Shown here: positions 29,096 to 38,316 of the stretch, piece by piece | How the letters are laid out: every line of letters begins with the position of its first letter | How positions within the stretch are numbered: the first letter of the stretch is position 1 | NCBI GenBank assembly: GCA_041744115.1 | Contig: JBGTLL010000181.1 | Coordinates: 120-64,119, forward strand | Source of the DNA: Parvularculaceae bacterium | Lineage (GTDB): Bacteria; Pseudomonadota; Alphaproteobacteria; Caulobacterales; Parvularculaceae | Length of the DNA stretch: 64,000 nt | Direction: 5' to 3' | Program-made: the position numbers and the translations under genes | The notes under the pieces: generated by a model | Databases searched by the model: none | Seen by the model: only the letters and a program-made list of their open reading frames with translations | Told to the model about the DNA's origin: nothing

Positions 29096-30658
29096 ATGTC
29101 GCTTGCGGCGATCGATATCGCCATTGTCATTGGCTACGCGCTTGCGCTGGTCGCCGTCGCAACGCTCGTTTCGCGGGAGAAAGCCGGCCACAAGAAAGAT
29201 ACCGCGGATTATTTCCTAGCGGGCAAGGCGTTGCCGTGGTGGGCGATCGGGGCGTCGCTGATCGCGGCGAACATTTCCGCCGAACAGATCATCGGCATGT
29301 CGGGGTCCGGATATGCGATCGGGTTGGCGATCGCTTCTTATGAATGGCTTGCGGCGATAACATTAATCATTGTCGGCAAGTTTTTCCTTCCAATCTTTCT
29401 GAAGCGCGGCATCTACACGATGCCGCAATTTCTTGAGCAGCGTTTCGGAACCGGCGTCAAATATGTGATGTCGGTATTTTGGCTTGGCATCTACACGCTT
29501 GTCAATCTGACCACGATCCTCTGGCTTGGCGCCACAGCCATCAACACGCTGACCGGCGCCGACATGATGATCGGCATGGTGGCGCTGGCGATCTTCGCCG
29601 CAGCCTATTCGCTCTATGGCGGGCTCAAGGCGGTTGCGCTTACGGACATCATCCAGGTCATTCTGCTGATTATCGGCGGCGCCCTGATTACCGGCGTAAC
29701 CCTCGGACAAGTCGGCGATGGTTCGATGATAGCGGGCTTTGCCAGGTTGACGACGGAGTTCCCCGAGCGCTTTGACATGATCTTGTCGAAAGACAATCCA
29801 CAATACAAAAATCTCCCCGGTTTAAGCGTCATTCTTGGCGGCATGTGGGTGATGCATTTCTCATACTGGGGCTTCAATCAATACATCATCCAGCGTGCGC
29901 TCGCCGCAAAAAGCGTGAAGGACGCGCAGACCGGGATCATGTTCGCGGCGGCGCTGAAAATCATGATGCCGTTTATCATCGTTTTGCCGGGCATCGCCGC
30001 CGTCGCTTTGGCGCCCGGCCTTGATAAGCCGGATCAGGCGTATCCTGAAATGTTGAAGCTCGTGCCCCCCGGCGTGCGCGGCGTCATCTTCGCCGCGCTT
30101 ATCGCGGCGATCGTATCCTCACTTGGATCGATGATGAACTCAATCGCGACAATCTTCACGATGGATCTTTACCGCCCGATTTTAGGAGTGAATAAATCAG
30201 AACGACAACTCGTCGGCGTTGGGCGCGCGACGAGCGTGACGGCGCTTGTCATTGCGCTTTTTGCGGCTCGTCCTCTGCTTGCCGGGGCCGATCAGGTTTT
30301 TCAGATTATCCAGGAATATACCGGGTTCTTCACGCCTGGAATCGTTGCCATCTTCCTGCTCGGCATGTTCATCAAGCGCGCCACCGAAATCGGCGCGGTT
30401 GGCGCGGTGATCGGCTCCTTTGCGCTGTCGCTGGCGTTCAAGTTTTTTCTGCCGGCGATGCCGTTCATCGACCGCGTCGGGATTGTCTTCTTGTCGTGCC
30501 TTGCGATCGGCGTTGGTCTCTCCTATCTGCAGCGCCCGGCGGGCGCGCAGCAGGTTGTCGATCTCGGAGGCGTTTCGTTCAAAACCGGACGGGGGTTCAA
30601 TATCGGCGCGGCGGCGATTGCTGCAATCCTGATTTTCCTTTACGCGATTTATTGGTGA
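29096..30658 (+). CDS. Sodium:sugar symporter (SGLT/SSS family)
   Basis: YFLAG-LPWWAIGASLIAANISAEQ and YWGFNQYIIQR. Confidence 0.93.
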   Translation: MSLAAIDIAIVIGYALALVAVATLVSREKAGHKKDTADYFLAGKALPWWAIGASLIAANISAEQIIGMSGSGYAIGLAIASYEWLAAITLIIVGKFFLPIFLKRGIYTMPQFLEQRFGTGVKYVMSVFWLGIYTLVNLTTILWLGATAINTLTGADMMIGMVALAIFAAAYSLYGGLKAVALTDIIQVILLIIGGALITGVTLGQVGDGSMIAGFARLTTEFPERFDMILSKDNPQYKNLPGLSVILGGMWVMHFSYWGFNQYIIQRALAAKSVKDAQTGIMFAAALKIMMPFIIVLPGIAAVALAPGLDKPDQAYPEMLKLVPPGVRGVIFAALIAAIVSSLGSMMNSIATIFTMDLYRPILGVNKSERQLVGVGRATSVTALVIALFAARPLLAGADQVFQIIQEYTGFFTPGIVAIFLLGMFIKRATEIGAVGAVIGSFALSLAFKFFLPAMPFIDRVGIVFLSCLAIGVGLSYLQRPAGAQQVVDLGGVSFKTGRGFNIGAAAIAAILIFLYAIYW

Positions 30659-30716
30659 TCGAAGAGCGCGGGTATCGAGGGCCTAAAAACAAAATAATTA
30701 ATGAAAACAATAGTTA

Positions 30717-30729
30717 TGGTGCCCAGGGG
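30717..30729 (-). repeat. Perfect 13-bp copy of the tRNA-Phe 3' end (att-like site 2)
   Basis: TGGTGCCCAGGGG is identical to 50694-50706; AT-rich flank on the left. Confidence 0.85.
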
Positions 30730-30765
30730 GAGCGCTTTGTCAGGAAAAACAAGAGCCTATTGAAA

Positions 30766-30822
30766 GGTGGGACACCGATTATTTCCGTTGCCTATTCATG
30801 TTTTTCGGACCCGTGTCCCACC
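30766..30822. repeat. Inverted repeat GGTGGGACAC...GTGTCCCACC (putative integrase arm sites)
   Basis: Perfect 10-bp IR; the same motif recurs at 33252-33293. Confidence 0.7.
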
Positions 30823-31136
30823 TCGAATTTGCCGCTATTTCGATTCTAGAAGCCGGATTTGAACAGGCTGCAATGCAAGCGCCGGGCGTCCAAACGATTC
30901 CTTCAGCTCAAATGGTGTTCCTATCCCTCCAAGAACACCCCGCGGCGCGCATGAATCGGACAGCGGCATCGCAACGCCGATCATGACGCCATTGATCATC
31001 CAAAGTCAAATTCGGCGCTTTCGCGCAGCTACCACATAGCTACCAAGAGGATTCCTAGTTCCGGACCAGTTCCGCCAATAATACTTCGGCGACAATTAAA
31101 TTGCATTGCGCAATGTGTGCCGCGGCGCGGGGGATA

Positions 31137-32280
31137 ATACCAACTTTCACTGATCAACATGCATTGGCCCAATCGCGGTTTTCCAATGGAGATGATGCGC
31201 CAGGGCTGCTCGACGAGTTTGTTCCATGCCTCGCAACAGAGGGCGACGATCTGGTCGTTGTTTTCGAAGACGCGATTTGAGAGCCAGTTGTCGCGCATGA
31301 ACTGCCAGACGTTTTCGACCGGGTTCAGTTCTGGCGCGCGCGGCGGCAATGGCAGGATCGAGATGTTTTCCGGCAGCCGCAGTTTCGGCGTCAGATGCCA
31401 GCCCGCCTGATCGACGACGAGGACGGCGTGCGATCCCTTGTCGACGGCGGCGCTGATCTCGAGGAGATGCGCGTTCATCGCGTGCGTATCACACCACGGC
31501 AGGACGAGGCCCGCGCCCTTGCCTTTGGCCGGGCAGAGCGCCGAAGATATAGGCCCATTGCGTGCGCTGATCTTTCGGCGCGCGGGGCCTTGTTCCGCGC
31601 GGGGCCCAGCGGCGGGTGATCTTGTTCTTTTGTCCGACGCGCGCTTCATCCTGGAACCAGATCTCGATTTCTACACCGGGATTAAGGCTCGCCTTGATTT
31701 CCGCCACCTTGGCGGCGAAGTTTTTTTAAAGGCTTCGACGGCCAGCTCGTTCTGCGCGTAATGGCGGGGGCGCGCCGACAATTTGCGAAACCCCAGCGCC
31801 CGCATCTCGCGGCTCATCGTCGGCTCGCTCAAGGAGACGCCGAACTCATCGCTCAGCCATTGCATGAGGTCGATGAGCCGCCAGCGAACGACGCCGTGAA
31901 CCGCCGGGATCGGGCCTTGCAGGGCGATCTCCTTCAAGCGCGAGCGCTGATCGTCGTTGAGCTTGGACGCGGCGCCCGGCGCCTTGCCGTCGATGAGGCC
32001 TCGGGACCGCGTTCTTTGAACCGCAACGCCCAGTCGCGAACCGTCTGCAAGGAGACATCCCCGATCTTCGCAGCCTCGCTCCGGGAGCCGTCGTCATAAA
32101 TCGCCGCCAGCGCCAGCAATCGCCGCGCTTGCGAGCCGTCCTTCGACCGCCGCGCCAATCCCCGCAGCGCTTTCCCGACCAAATCGTCCCGAAGATCAAT
32201 CGCGCGTCCCATGGCGTACCTCCATCATTCGCCACAACAGAATCAGCGTTCGGCGATAACTTGTGAAGGCGCCGTTTGCG
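31137..32280 (-). mobile_element. IS630-family element, degenerate
   Basis: HTH MGRAIDLRDD...RRLLALAAIYD; DDE segments WFQDEARVGQK, VVDQAGWH and PELNPVENVW. A7C slippery site at 31720-31727 plus extra single-base shifts near 32000, 31540 and 31185. One end (ATACCAACTTTCACTGATCA after TA) at 31137; the other end was not found. Confidence 0.9.
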
Positions 32281-32846
32281 AGCCTTTCATCGTCTTCAGC
32301 CCGGCGCAGATGATCGCGGCGATTTCAAACGGCGCCATCCGCGCCGCGCTGCCGGCCTTTGTCAGCCGGAACGCCGGCAAGCAATGGCGGAACTGGACGA
32401 CGTGCGACCAGGTAACGATCGATCGTCGCAGCGATGCGCCTTCAATTCTGGCGTTCGACGCGTTCGTCGACAATCCGGACCGGCGTTGGGCCAATCCCTA
32501 CCTCTTGGTCATGCACTCCAAGCTCCGCGCGATCGATCACGAACTTGCGTTAACTTTCACGAACTCGCAGCTTCATCGTGAAGCCGCCGCCGCGATGGCA
32601 AGCGGGTGCGCTCAATTGGTTGACGACGGGCGAGCAGAAAAATATTCTCGCGGCCCCCTTGCAGCGGCAGACGGCCTCGACTTTCATGCGGTTCACGACA
32701 CGTGGGCTGGGTTGTCTCACACCAATCTCGATGCGATCGTTGACGCACTGCCCGACTCGCGGATCAGCGGCCGCGCCGCTGGCGCAATCGGCGATCCAAC
32801 GCAAAGGAAGTCAGAAACAATATCGGCGCCGGCATCGCCGAACTGA
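32280..32846 (+). pseudogene. HipA-like (HipA_2-type) kinase, N-terminally truncated
   Basis: AFDAFVDNPDRRWANPYLLV...AIDHELA resembles the FD-N-DR-NPNLL-IDH kinase core; begins where the IS630 ends. Confidence 0.65.
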
Positions 32847-32889
32847 AACGGATTGTTCCAGGCCGCGATTGCGCGCTCCTTGATATTCA

Positions 32890-33175
32890 TGCTCCTCACG
32901 CGATCCGGGGACCTTACGTTCCTTGTCACCGAATTGGCCGACCGTTCACCAGCAAGCGTTGGCAATCGGTTCCGGAAAATGGTGCGACGAGGCGCGACTT
33001 CCGCAGTGCTCGGCGCATGGTCTCCGGAAGGACTCCGAATCACGGCTCGCCGAGCTCGGTTGCACCGAATTGGAGATCCTGTCCTACCGGCCATTCGACC
33101 TCCAAGAAGTCGAGCGCTAAACGCGCGCGGCCCGCCGACGCGTTCTCGCCAAGAGCGCGATGGCGAAATTCTCAA
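32890..33175 (+). pseudogene. Tyrosine recombinase (phage integrase) C-terminal relic
   Basis: GDLTFLVTE...GNRFRK, then a shift to WCDEARLPQCSAHGLRK...RLAELGCTELEI...QEVER*TRAA...LAKSAMAK. TAA at 33118-33120 sits at the catalytic Tyr position. Confidence 0.85.
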
Positions 33176-33251
33176 GCGGCCCAGACCCCGATCAAGAATA
33201 TGATTTTCTGCATCGTTGAGACGCGTGGTCGCGTACAAATTCGGAACAAAA

Positions 33252-33293
33252 GTGTCCCACTTTTCCCAAACGGCGGAAAAAAAGTGGGGACAC
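33252..33293. repeat. Inverted repeat GTGTCCCACTTTT...AAAAGTGGGGACAC
   Basis: Near-perfect IR between the integrase relic and the att-like site. Confidence 0.7.
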
Positions 33294-33327
33294 ATTTTTC
33301 AGCTGATTCAATTCAGAAATGAGTCGA

Positions 33328-33356
33328 GTGGCGGCGGCCCAAGGGCGGAATCCGAA
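33328..33356 (-). repeat. Degenerate copy of the tRNA-Phe 3' end (att-like site 1)
   Basis: GTGGCGGCGGCCCAAGGGCGGAATCCGAA versus GTGGTGGTGCCCAGGGGCGGAATTGAA at 50690-50716. Confidence 0.7.
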
Positions 33357-33435
33357 TTAAGTATTAAGATGCTGATATTATTGCATTTCTTATCGGATCT
33401 CCGCCTGTATCAACAACTTCTTCGGGACAGACCAT

Positions 33436-34110
33436 CTAACCTGCCACCGCAGCCTTCGCCCTGCCGAGAACCTTCGCCTTCAGCGCGTCTTCATTGCCGT
33501 GCAGGGTCATCAGCGAGTCCATTAATCCCTCGTCAGCGCTGGAGCATACGCCAAGAACTACCGCCTCGTCGCAGCCTTCCGAGGCGACATAGGCGTGGCC
33601 CATCTGGGAATCGATGTAGATCGATTCGCCCTTTGCGAGCGAAACCGGGTCATAGAACTCGGTATGAACTTCGATCGATCCCTCCAGGACGTAAATGTAT
33701 TCCTCACCCGGATGACGAACGAGGTCGCCGAATTCCTCGGCGCTTTTCGCCCGGATCCGCGTCAGCACCGGGATCATCCGCTTCCGGCGAAGCTCTGTGC
33801 ACAGATAATAGTAATCGTAGTTGGCGGTGTTCACTCTGACGGCGTGATCGACATGGCCGATGCTTCGCCGCGCGTTGATCATCGGCTCGGCGGCGCCGTC
33901 GGTTTCGACGAAAAGATCGGCCATGCGCATGCCGAGCCGCTGGCTCAACTGCAGCAATTTGTCATAGGTCAGGGTCAGGCGGTCATGCTCGACCTTCGAA
34001 AGGGTAGATACCGGAATGCCGCACCGGTCGCTCATTTCCTTGAGCGTCCAGCGGTTGCGCGTTCGCAACCCGCGCAAGAGCGTGCCGAGCGTGGGCTGGC
34101 CGATCTTCAT
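33436..34110 (-). CDS. XRE-family HTH-cupin transcriptional regulator
   Basis: WTLKEMSDRCGIPVSTLSKVE HTH; cupin RHPGEEYIYVLEG...DSQMGH; divergent from the hydrolase operon. Confidence 0.92.
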   Translation of the reverse strand: MKIGQPTLGTLLRGLRTRNRWTLKEMSDRCGIPVSTLSKVEHDRLTLTYDKLLQLSQRLGMRMADLFVETDGAAEPMINARRSIGHVDHAVRVNTANYDYYYLCTELRRKRMIPVLTRIRAKSAEEFGDLVRHPGEEYIYVLEGSIEVHTEFYDPVSLAKGESIYIDSQMGHAYVASEGCDEAVVLGVCSSADEGLMDSLMTLHGNEDALKAKVLGRAKAAVAG

Positions 34111-34265
34111 TCGCAGTGCGTCTCCGGGCAAATTCGTCCAGATTGACTTCTTTCCAATTAGGATCAATATATCCCGAACAGGACAAAAGTCTCTGGGTCA
34201 GCAATTATAACAGGGATCGCGCGGAAAGCAAACGGCGCTGAGCGCGGGTTGGAAAGGGGAGCGGA

Positions 34266-36269
34266 ATGCGGATTGCGTCTTTATTGGCTTCGATGCTTCT
34301 GTCAATTGCACAAGCAGCCGCCCAGGAAATACCGCCGCCCGACCCGATCCCCTCCCGCGATGGCGGTGACGCCGCAACGGTCCTGACGACATCCTCGCTG
34401 CAATCAAGCTCCGACCTGACTGCGGACGACGTTAACGCCTGGCTCGACGGATACATGCCTTACGCGCTGAAGACCGGCGACATCGCGGGCGCGGTCGTCG
34501 TCGTCGTCAAGGGCGGCGAGATTCTGACTCAGCGCGGCTACGGCTATTCGGATGTCGCTGAACGAAAACCGGTCGATCCGGCAACGACGCTCTTCAGGCC
34601 GGGGTCGGTCGCGAAACTCTTCACCTGGACGGCGGTGATGCAGCTTGTCGAACAGGGCAAGATCGATCTCGACGCCGACGTCAACATTTATCTCGACTTC
34701 AAAATTCCCGAGCGCGACGGCAAGCCGATCTCAATGCGCAATCTGCTGCAGCATACGCCCGGCTTTGAGGACCAAAGCAAAGACATCATGGCGTCCGACG
34801 GCGATGCGGTCCCGTCATACGAAGAAATTCTGAAACGCTGGACGCCCGCACGCATTTTTCCGCCCGGGGTCACGCCCGCTTATTCAAATTACGGCGCGTC
34901 GCTTGCCGGCTATATCGTCGAGCGCGTGTCGGGCGAGGCGTTTGACGACTACCTCGATCGTCACATCTTTGCGCCGCTCGCCATGGAGCATTCGACGTTC
35001 CGCCAGCCGCTGCCGGCGGCTCTCGAGGCTTTGATGTCCAAAGGATACGACGTCGCCTCGAACGAGCCGAAGGGATTTGAGTTCGTCGGGCCGGCGCCCG
35101 CGGGGTCGCTGTCGTCGACCGGCGAAGACATGGCGCGCTTCATGATCGCCCATCTCCAGAAGGGCGAATACGATGGAAATCGCATCCTCGAAGGGGCGAC
35201 GGCGGAAGAGATGCACGATTCCCCGTTGACGATCCTGCCGCCGCTCAACCGCATGCAGCTTGGTTTTTTTGAAACCAACGTCAACGGCCGCAAGGTCATC
35301 GCGCATCTGGGCGACACGCAGTGGTTTCATTCATCGCTGCATCTTTTCATCGAGGAGAATGTCGGATTCTTTGTCTCCTTCAACAGCCTCGGCAAGGGCG
35401 CCGCCGCCGGAGGGCTGCGCGGCGCGCTGTTTACCGATTTTGCCGAACGCTATTTCCCGGCGCTGCAATCGGACGATAATAGCGGCGCGCGCATCGACGC
35501 CGAGACCTCGGCTGAGCATGCGCGGCTGATGGCCGGCAACTGGATCGTGTCGCGCCGGTCGGCGACAAATTTCATGAGCGCTGCGGCTTTTTTGGGCCAG
35601 ATGAAGATTTCTGTCGGACCGGAAGGCTCTCTCAAAATTCCGCTGCCGGGCCTCAACGGGCAGCCGCAGGAATGGGTCGAAACTGCGCCTTTCGTCTGGC
35701 GCGAGGTCGGCGGCCACGAAAGGCTCGCCGCCAAGGTCGAAGATGGCGAAGTCGTCCGCTGGAGCATCGACGGCGTCTCGCCTTTCATGGTGTTCGACCG
35801 CGCGCCCTGGTATGCAAATGGCGCCTTGCTGCTTCCGATGTTCGGCGTCGCGATCGCCGTGCTGGCGATCAGTGTTGTGCTCTGGCCGGTCGGCGCGATC
35901 GTCCGCTGGCGCTATCGCGCGGCCTCTGGCCTTGATGCGCGGGCGCGGCGCGCGCGCCGCATCAGCCGGATCGCCGCGATTGCAATTCTCGGCGCAATCG
36001 CAGGCTGGGTAATGCTCTTTGTCATGATTTCGACGGATCTCAGCCATCTCAGCGCGAGCACGGATCTGTTGCTCCGTGCGCTGCAGATATTGGGCGCTGT
36101 GGCCTTTATCGGCGGATTTCTGCTGACGTCCTGGAATCTTTTTGTCGTGTGGTCGAAACGGCCGGGCTGGTTCGCCCGGCTGTGGAGCGTCGTGCTCTTT
36201 GCGTCGGCGGCCGCGATCTTGTGGGTCGCCTTCGTGGCAAAATTCATCAGCTTCGGGGTGAACTACTGA
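34266..36269 (+). CDS. Membrane-anchored serine hydrolase 1 (beta-lactamase/D-peptidase fold)
   Basis: Signal peptide, SVAK, YSN, HLGD; about 4 C-terminal TM helices ending FGVNY. Confidence 0.9.
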   Translation: MRIASLLASMLLSIAQAAAQEIPPPDPIPSRDGGDAATVLTTSSLQSSSDLTADDVNAWLDGYMPYALKTGDIAGAVVVVVKGGEILTQRGYGYSDVAERKPVDPATTLFRPGSVAKLFTWTAVMQLVEQGKIDLDADVNIYLDFKIPERDGKPISMRNLLQHTPGFEDQSKDIMASDGDAVPSYEEILKRWTPARIFPPGVTPAYSNYGASLAGYIVERVSGEAFDDYLDRHIFAPLAMEHSTFRQPLPAALEALMSKGYDVASNEPKGFEFVGPAPAGSLSSTGEDMARFMIAHLQKGEYDGNRILEGATAEEMHDSPLTILPPLNRMQLGFFETNVNGRKVIAHLGDTQWFHSSLHLFIEENVGFFVSFNSLGKGAAAGGLRGALFTDFAERYFPALQSDDNSGARIDAETSAEHARLMAGNWIVSRRSATNFMSAAAFLGQMKISVGPEGSLKIPLPGLNGQPQEWVETAPFVWREVGGHERLAAKVEDGEVVRWSIDGVSPFMVFDRAPWYANGALLLPMFGVAIAVLAISVVLWPVGAIVRWRYRAASGLDARARRARRISRIAAIAILGAIAGWVMLFVMISTDLSHLSASTDLLLRALQILGAVAFIGGFLLTSWNLFVVWSKRPGWFARLWSVVLFASAAAILWVAFVAKFISFGVNY

Positions 36270-36342
36270 TGGACTGGCCAACGGGGAGAGTCTCGGCCAA
36301 TTGCCGCCGGCGAAGGTTCGGCGACAAGCAAAGAGGGCGCTT

Positions 36343-38316
36343 GTGCGATCGATCCTTTCACTGACCATCGCAATGACGGCAATGGCCGCCGCGCCCCTCG
36401 CCGCGCAAGTGACCGCGCCGCTCGCAACGCCGGCCCCGATGGCTGTCGAGGCGCAATCGCGATCGGCGACGCCGCTGACCGCCGCCGACCTTGACGCCTG
36501 GCTCGACGGCTACATGCCGTATGCGCTGAAGACCGGCGATATCGCCGGCGCGCAACTTGTCGTCGTAAAGGACGGGGCAGTCTTGACCTCGCGGGGCTTT
36601 GGGTATTCGGACGCGGAAGCGCGCGAGCCTGTCGATCCGGCGATGACGCTGTTCCGGCTTGGCTCGGTTGGCAAATTGTTCACCTGGACCGCGGTGATGC
36701 AGCAGGTTGAGCAGGGCAAGATCGACCTCGACGCCGACATCAACGCCTATCTCGATTTCAAGATTCCCGAACGCGACGGCAAGCCTGTCACGATGCGAAA
36801 TCTGATGCAGCACACGCCGGGCTTTGAAGAATCGTTCCGGAATGGCGGGACGACCAATCCCGAAGCGGCGATTTCGACGGAACAATGGCTGAAGGACTGG
36901 ACGCCCAAACGCGTCTTCGAGGCCGGCGTGACGCCCGCCTATTCGAACTACGGCGCCTCGCTCGCCGGCTACATCGTCGAGCGCGTTTCCGGCGAGCCGT
37001 TCGATGATTATCTGGAGCGCCACATTTTCGGGCCGCTCGAAATGCGGCGATCGACCTTCCGCCAGCCGCTGCCGGATGATCTGGCGCCGTCGATGTCGAA
37101 GGGCTACGCGCTCGCTTCCGGCGATCCGAAAGACTTCGAGATATTCAATATGGCGCCGGCCGGCTCGATGTCATCGACCGCCGACGACATGGCGAAATTC
37201 ATGATCGCGTTTCTGCAGGATGGCGAGTTCAACGGCAAGCGCATACTTCGCCCGGAAACGGTCGAGATGATGCACAACAGCCCGTTGACATTGCTGCCGC
37301 CGCTCAACCGGATGGAGCTCGGGTTTTTCGAAACCGGCATCAACGGCCGCAAGATCACCGGGCATCACGGTGACACGCAGCTTTTTCACACCTCGCTGCA
37401 TCTCCTCAGAGACGAGGGCGTCGGCTTTTATGTCTCCTTCAACAGCACGGGCAAGGCCGGCGTCTCCGGCGACCTCCGCACCGCGCTGTTCGACGATTTT
37501 GCCGATCGCTATTTTCCAGGCGAAGGCGTTGACGGCCGCGTCGACGCCGGGACGGCGGCTGAACATGCGAAGATGATGGCGGGGAATTGGGTGCTGTCGC
37601 GGGGCTCGGCGTCGAACTTCATGAACGTGATTGAACTGTTTAGCCAGTTCACGATCAGCGTCGGGCCAGAGGGCGAACTTGTCGTGCCCTACCTCGGTCT
37701 GAACGGCAAGCCGCGCGACTGGGTCGAGATCGCGCCATTCGTCTGGCGCGATGTTGGCGGTCATCAGCGTCTCGCCGCGCAGGTCGAGGGTGGCAAGCCC
37801 GTGCGCTTCAGTTTCGATCTGGTATCCCCGTTCATGGTGTGGGACCGCGCGCCCTGGTACAAGAACACCGCAATCCTGCTGCCGCTGTTCGGCGCGAGCC
37901 TTGCAGCGCTGGCGCTCACCCTCATTCTATGGCCGGTCGTCGCAATCGTCCGCTGGCGTCATAAATCAAGCCTTGCGCTCGAGCCGCGTGCGCTTGGCGC
38001 CTATCGTCGTAGCCGGCTCGCGGCGCTCGCAATCATCCTCGGCATGGCAGGCTGGGTCGGCGCGCTCGCCGTGCTGACGCTCGACAGCGACGCCGCGAGT
38101 TCAGCCTCCGATCCGATGTTCTGGTTTGTCCAGATCTTCGGCGCTGTCGCCTTCATCGGCGGCGCTTTGCTGTTGCTGCGAAGTCTGCAAGTCGTGTGGA
38201 CGGGCAAACGGAGCTGGTTTGCGAAGCTGTGGAGCCTCGTGCTGGCGGCGTCCGCGCTCTCCGTTCTCTATGTGGCGTTCGCCTTCAAGCTGATCGGTTT
38301 CGGGGTGAATTATTGA
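36343..38316 (+). CDS. Membrane-anchored serine hydrolase 2 (paralog)
   Basis: SVGK, YSN, HHGD; same architecture, also ends FGVNY. GTG start inferred (ORF track 36301). Confidence 0.9.
   Translation: MRSILSLTIAMTAMAAAPLAAQVTAPLATPAPMAVEAQSRSATPLTAADLDAWLDGYMPYALKTGDIAGAQLVVVKDGAVLTSRGFGYSDAEAREPVDPAMTLFRLGSVGKLFTWTAVMQQVEQGKIDLDADINAYLDFKIPERDGKPVTMRNLMQHTPGFEESFRNGGTTNPEAAISTEQWLKDWTPKRVFEAGVTPAYSNYGASLAGYIVERVSGEPFDDYLERHIFGPLEMRRSTFRQPLPDDLAPSMSKGYALASGDPKDFEIFNMAPAGSMSSTADDMAKFMIAFLQDGEFNGKRILRPETVEMMHNSPLTLLPPLNRMELGFFETGINGRKITGHHGDTQLFHTSLHLLRDEGVGFYVSFNSTGKAGVSGDLRTALFDDFADRYFPGEGVDGRVDAGTAAEHAKMMAGNWVLSRGSASNFMNVIELFSQFTISVGPEGELVVPYLGLNGKPRDWVEIAPFVWRDVGGHQRLAAQVEGGKPVRFSFDLVSPFMVWDRAPWYKNTAILLPLFGASLAALALTLILWPVVAIVRWRHKSSLALEPRALGAYRRSRLAALAIILGMAGWVGALAVLTLDSDAASSASDPMFWFVQIFGAVAFIGGALLLLRSLQVVWTGKRSWFAKLWSLVLAASALSVLYVAFAFKLIGFGVNY

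Larger units (their letters stand above)
11671..30729. mobile_element. Putative island C (about 19 kb), maltodextrin utilisation cargo
   Basis: Bounded by att-like copies at 11671 and 30717, which coincide with the first and last PUL genes; no integrase inside. Confidence 0.6.
30717..33356. mobile_element. Decayed integrative element A (about 2.6 kb)
   Basis: att-like copies at both ends, GTGTCCCAC inverted pairs just inside both ends, integrase relic, kinase fragment and IS630. Confidence 0.75.
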
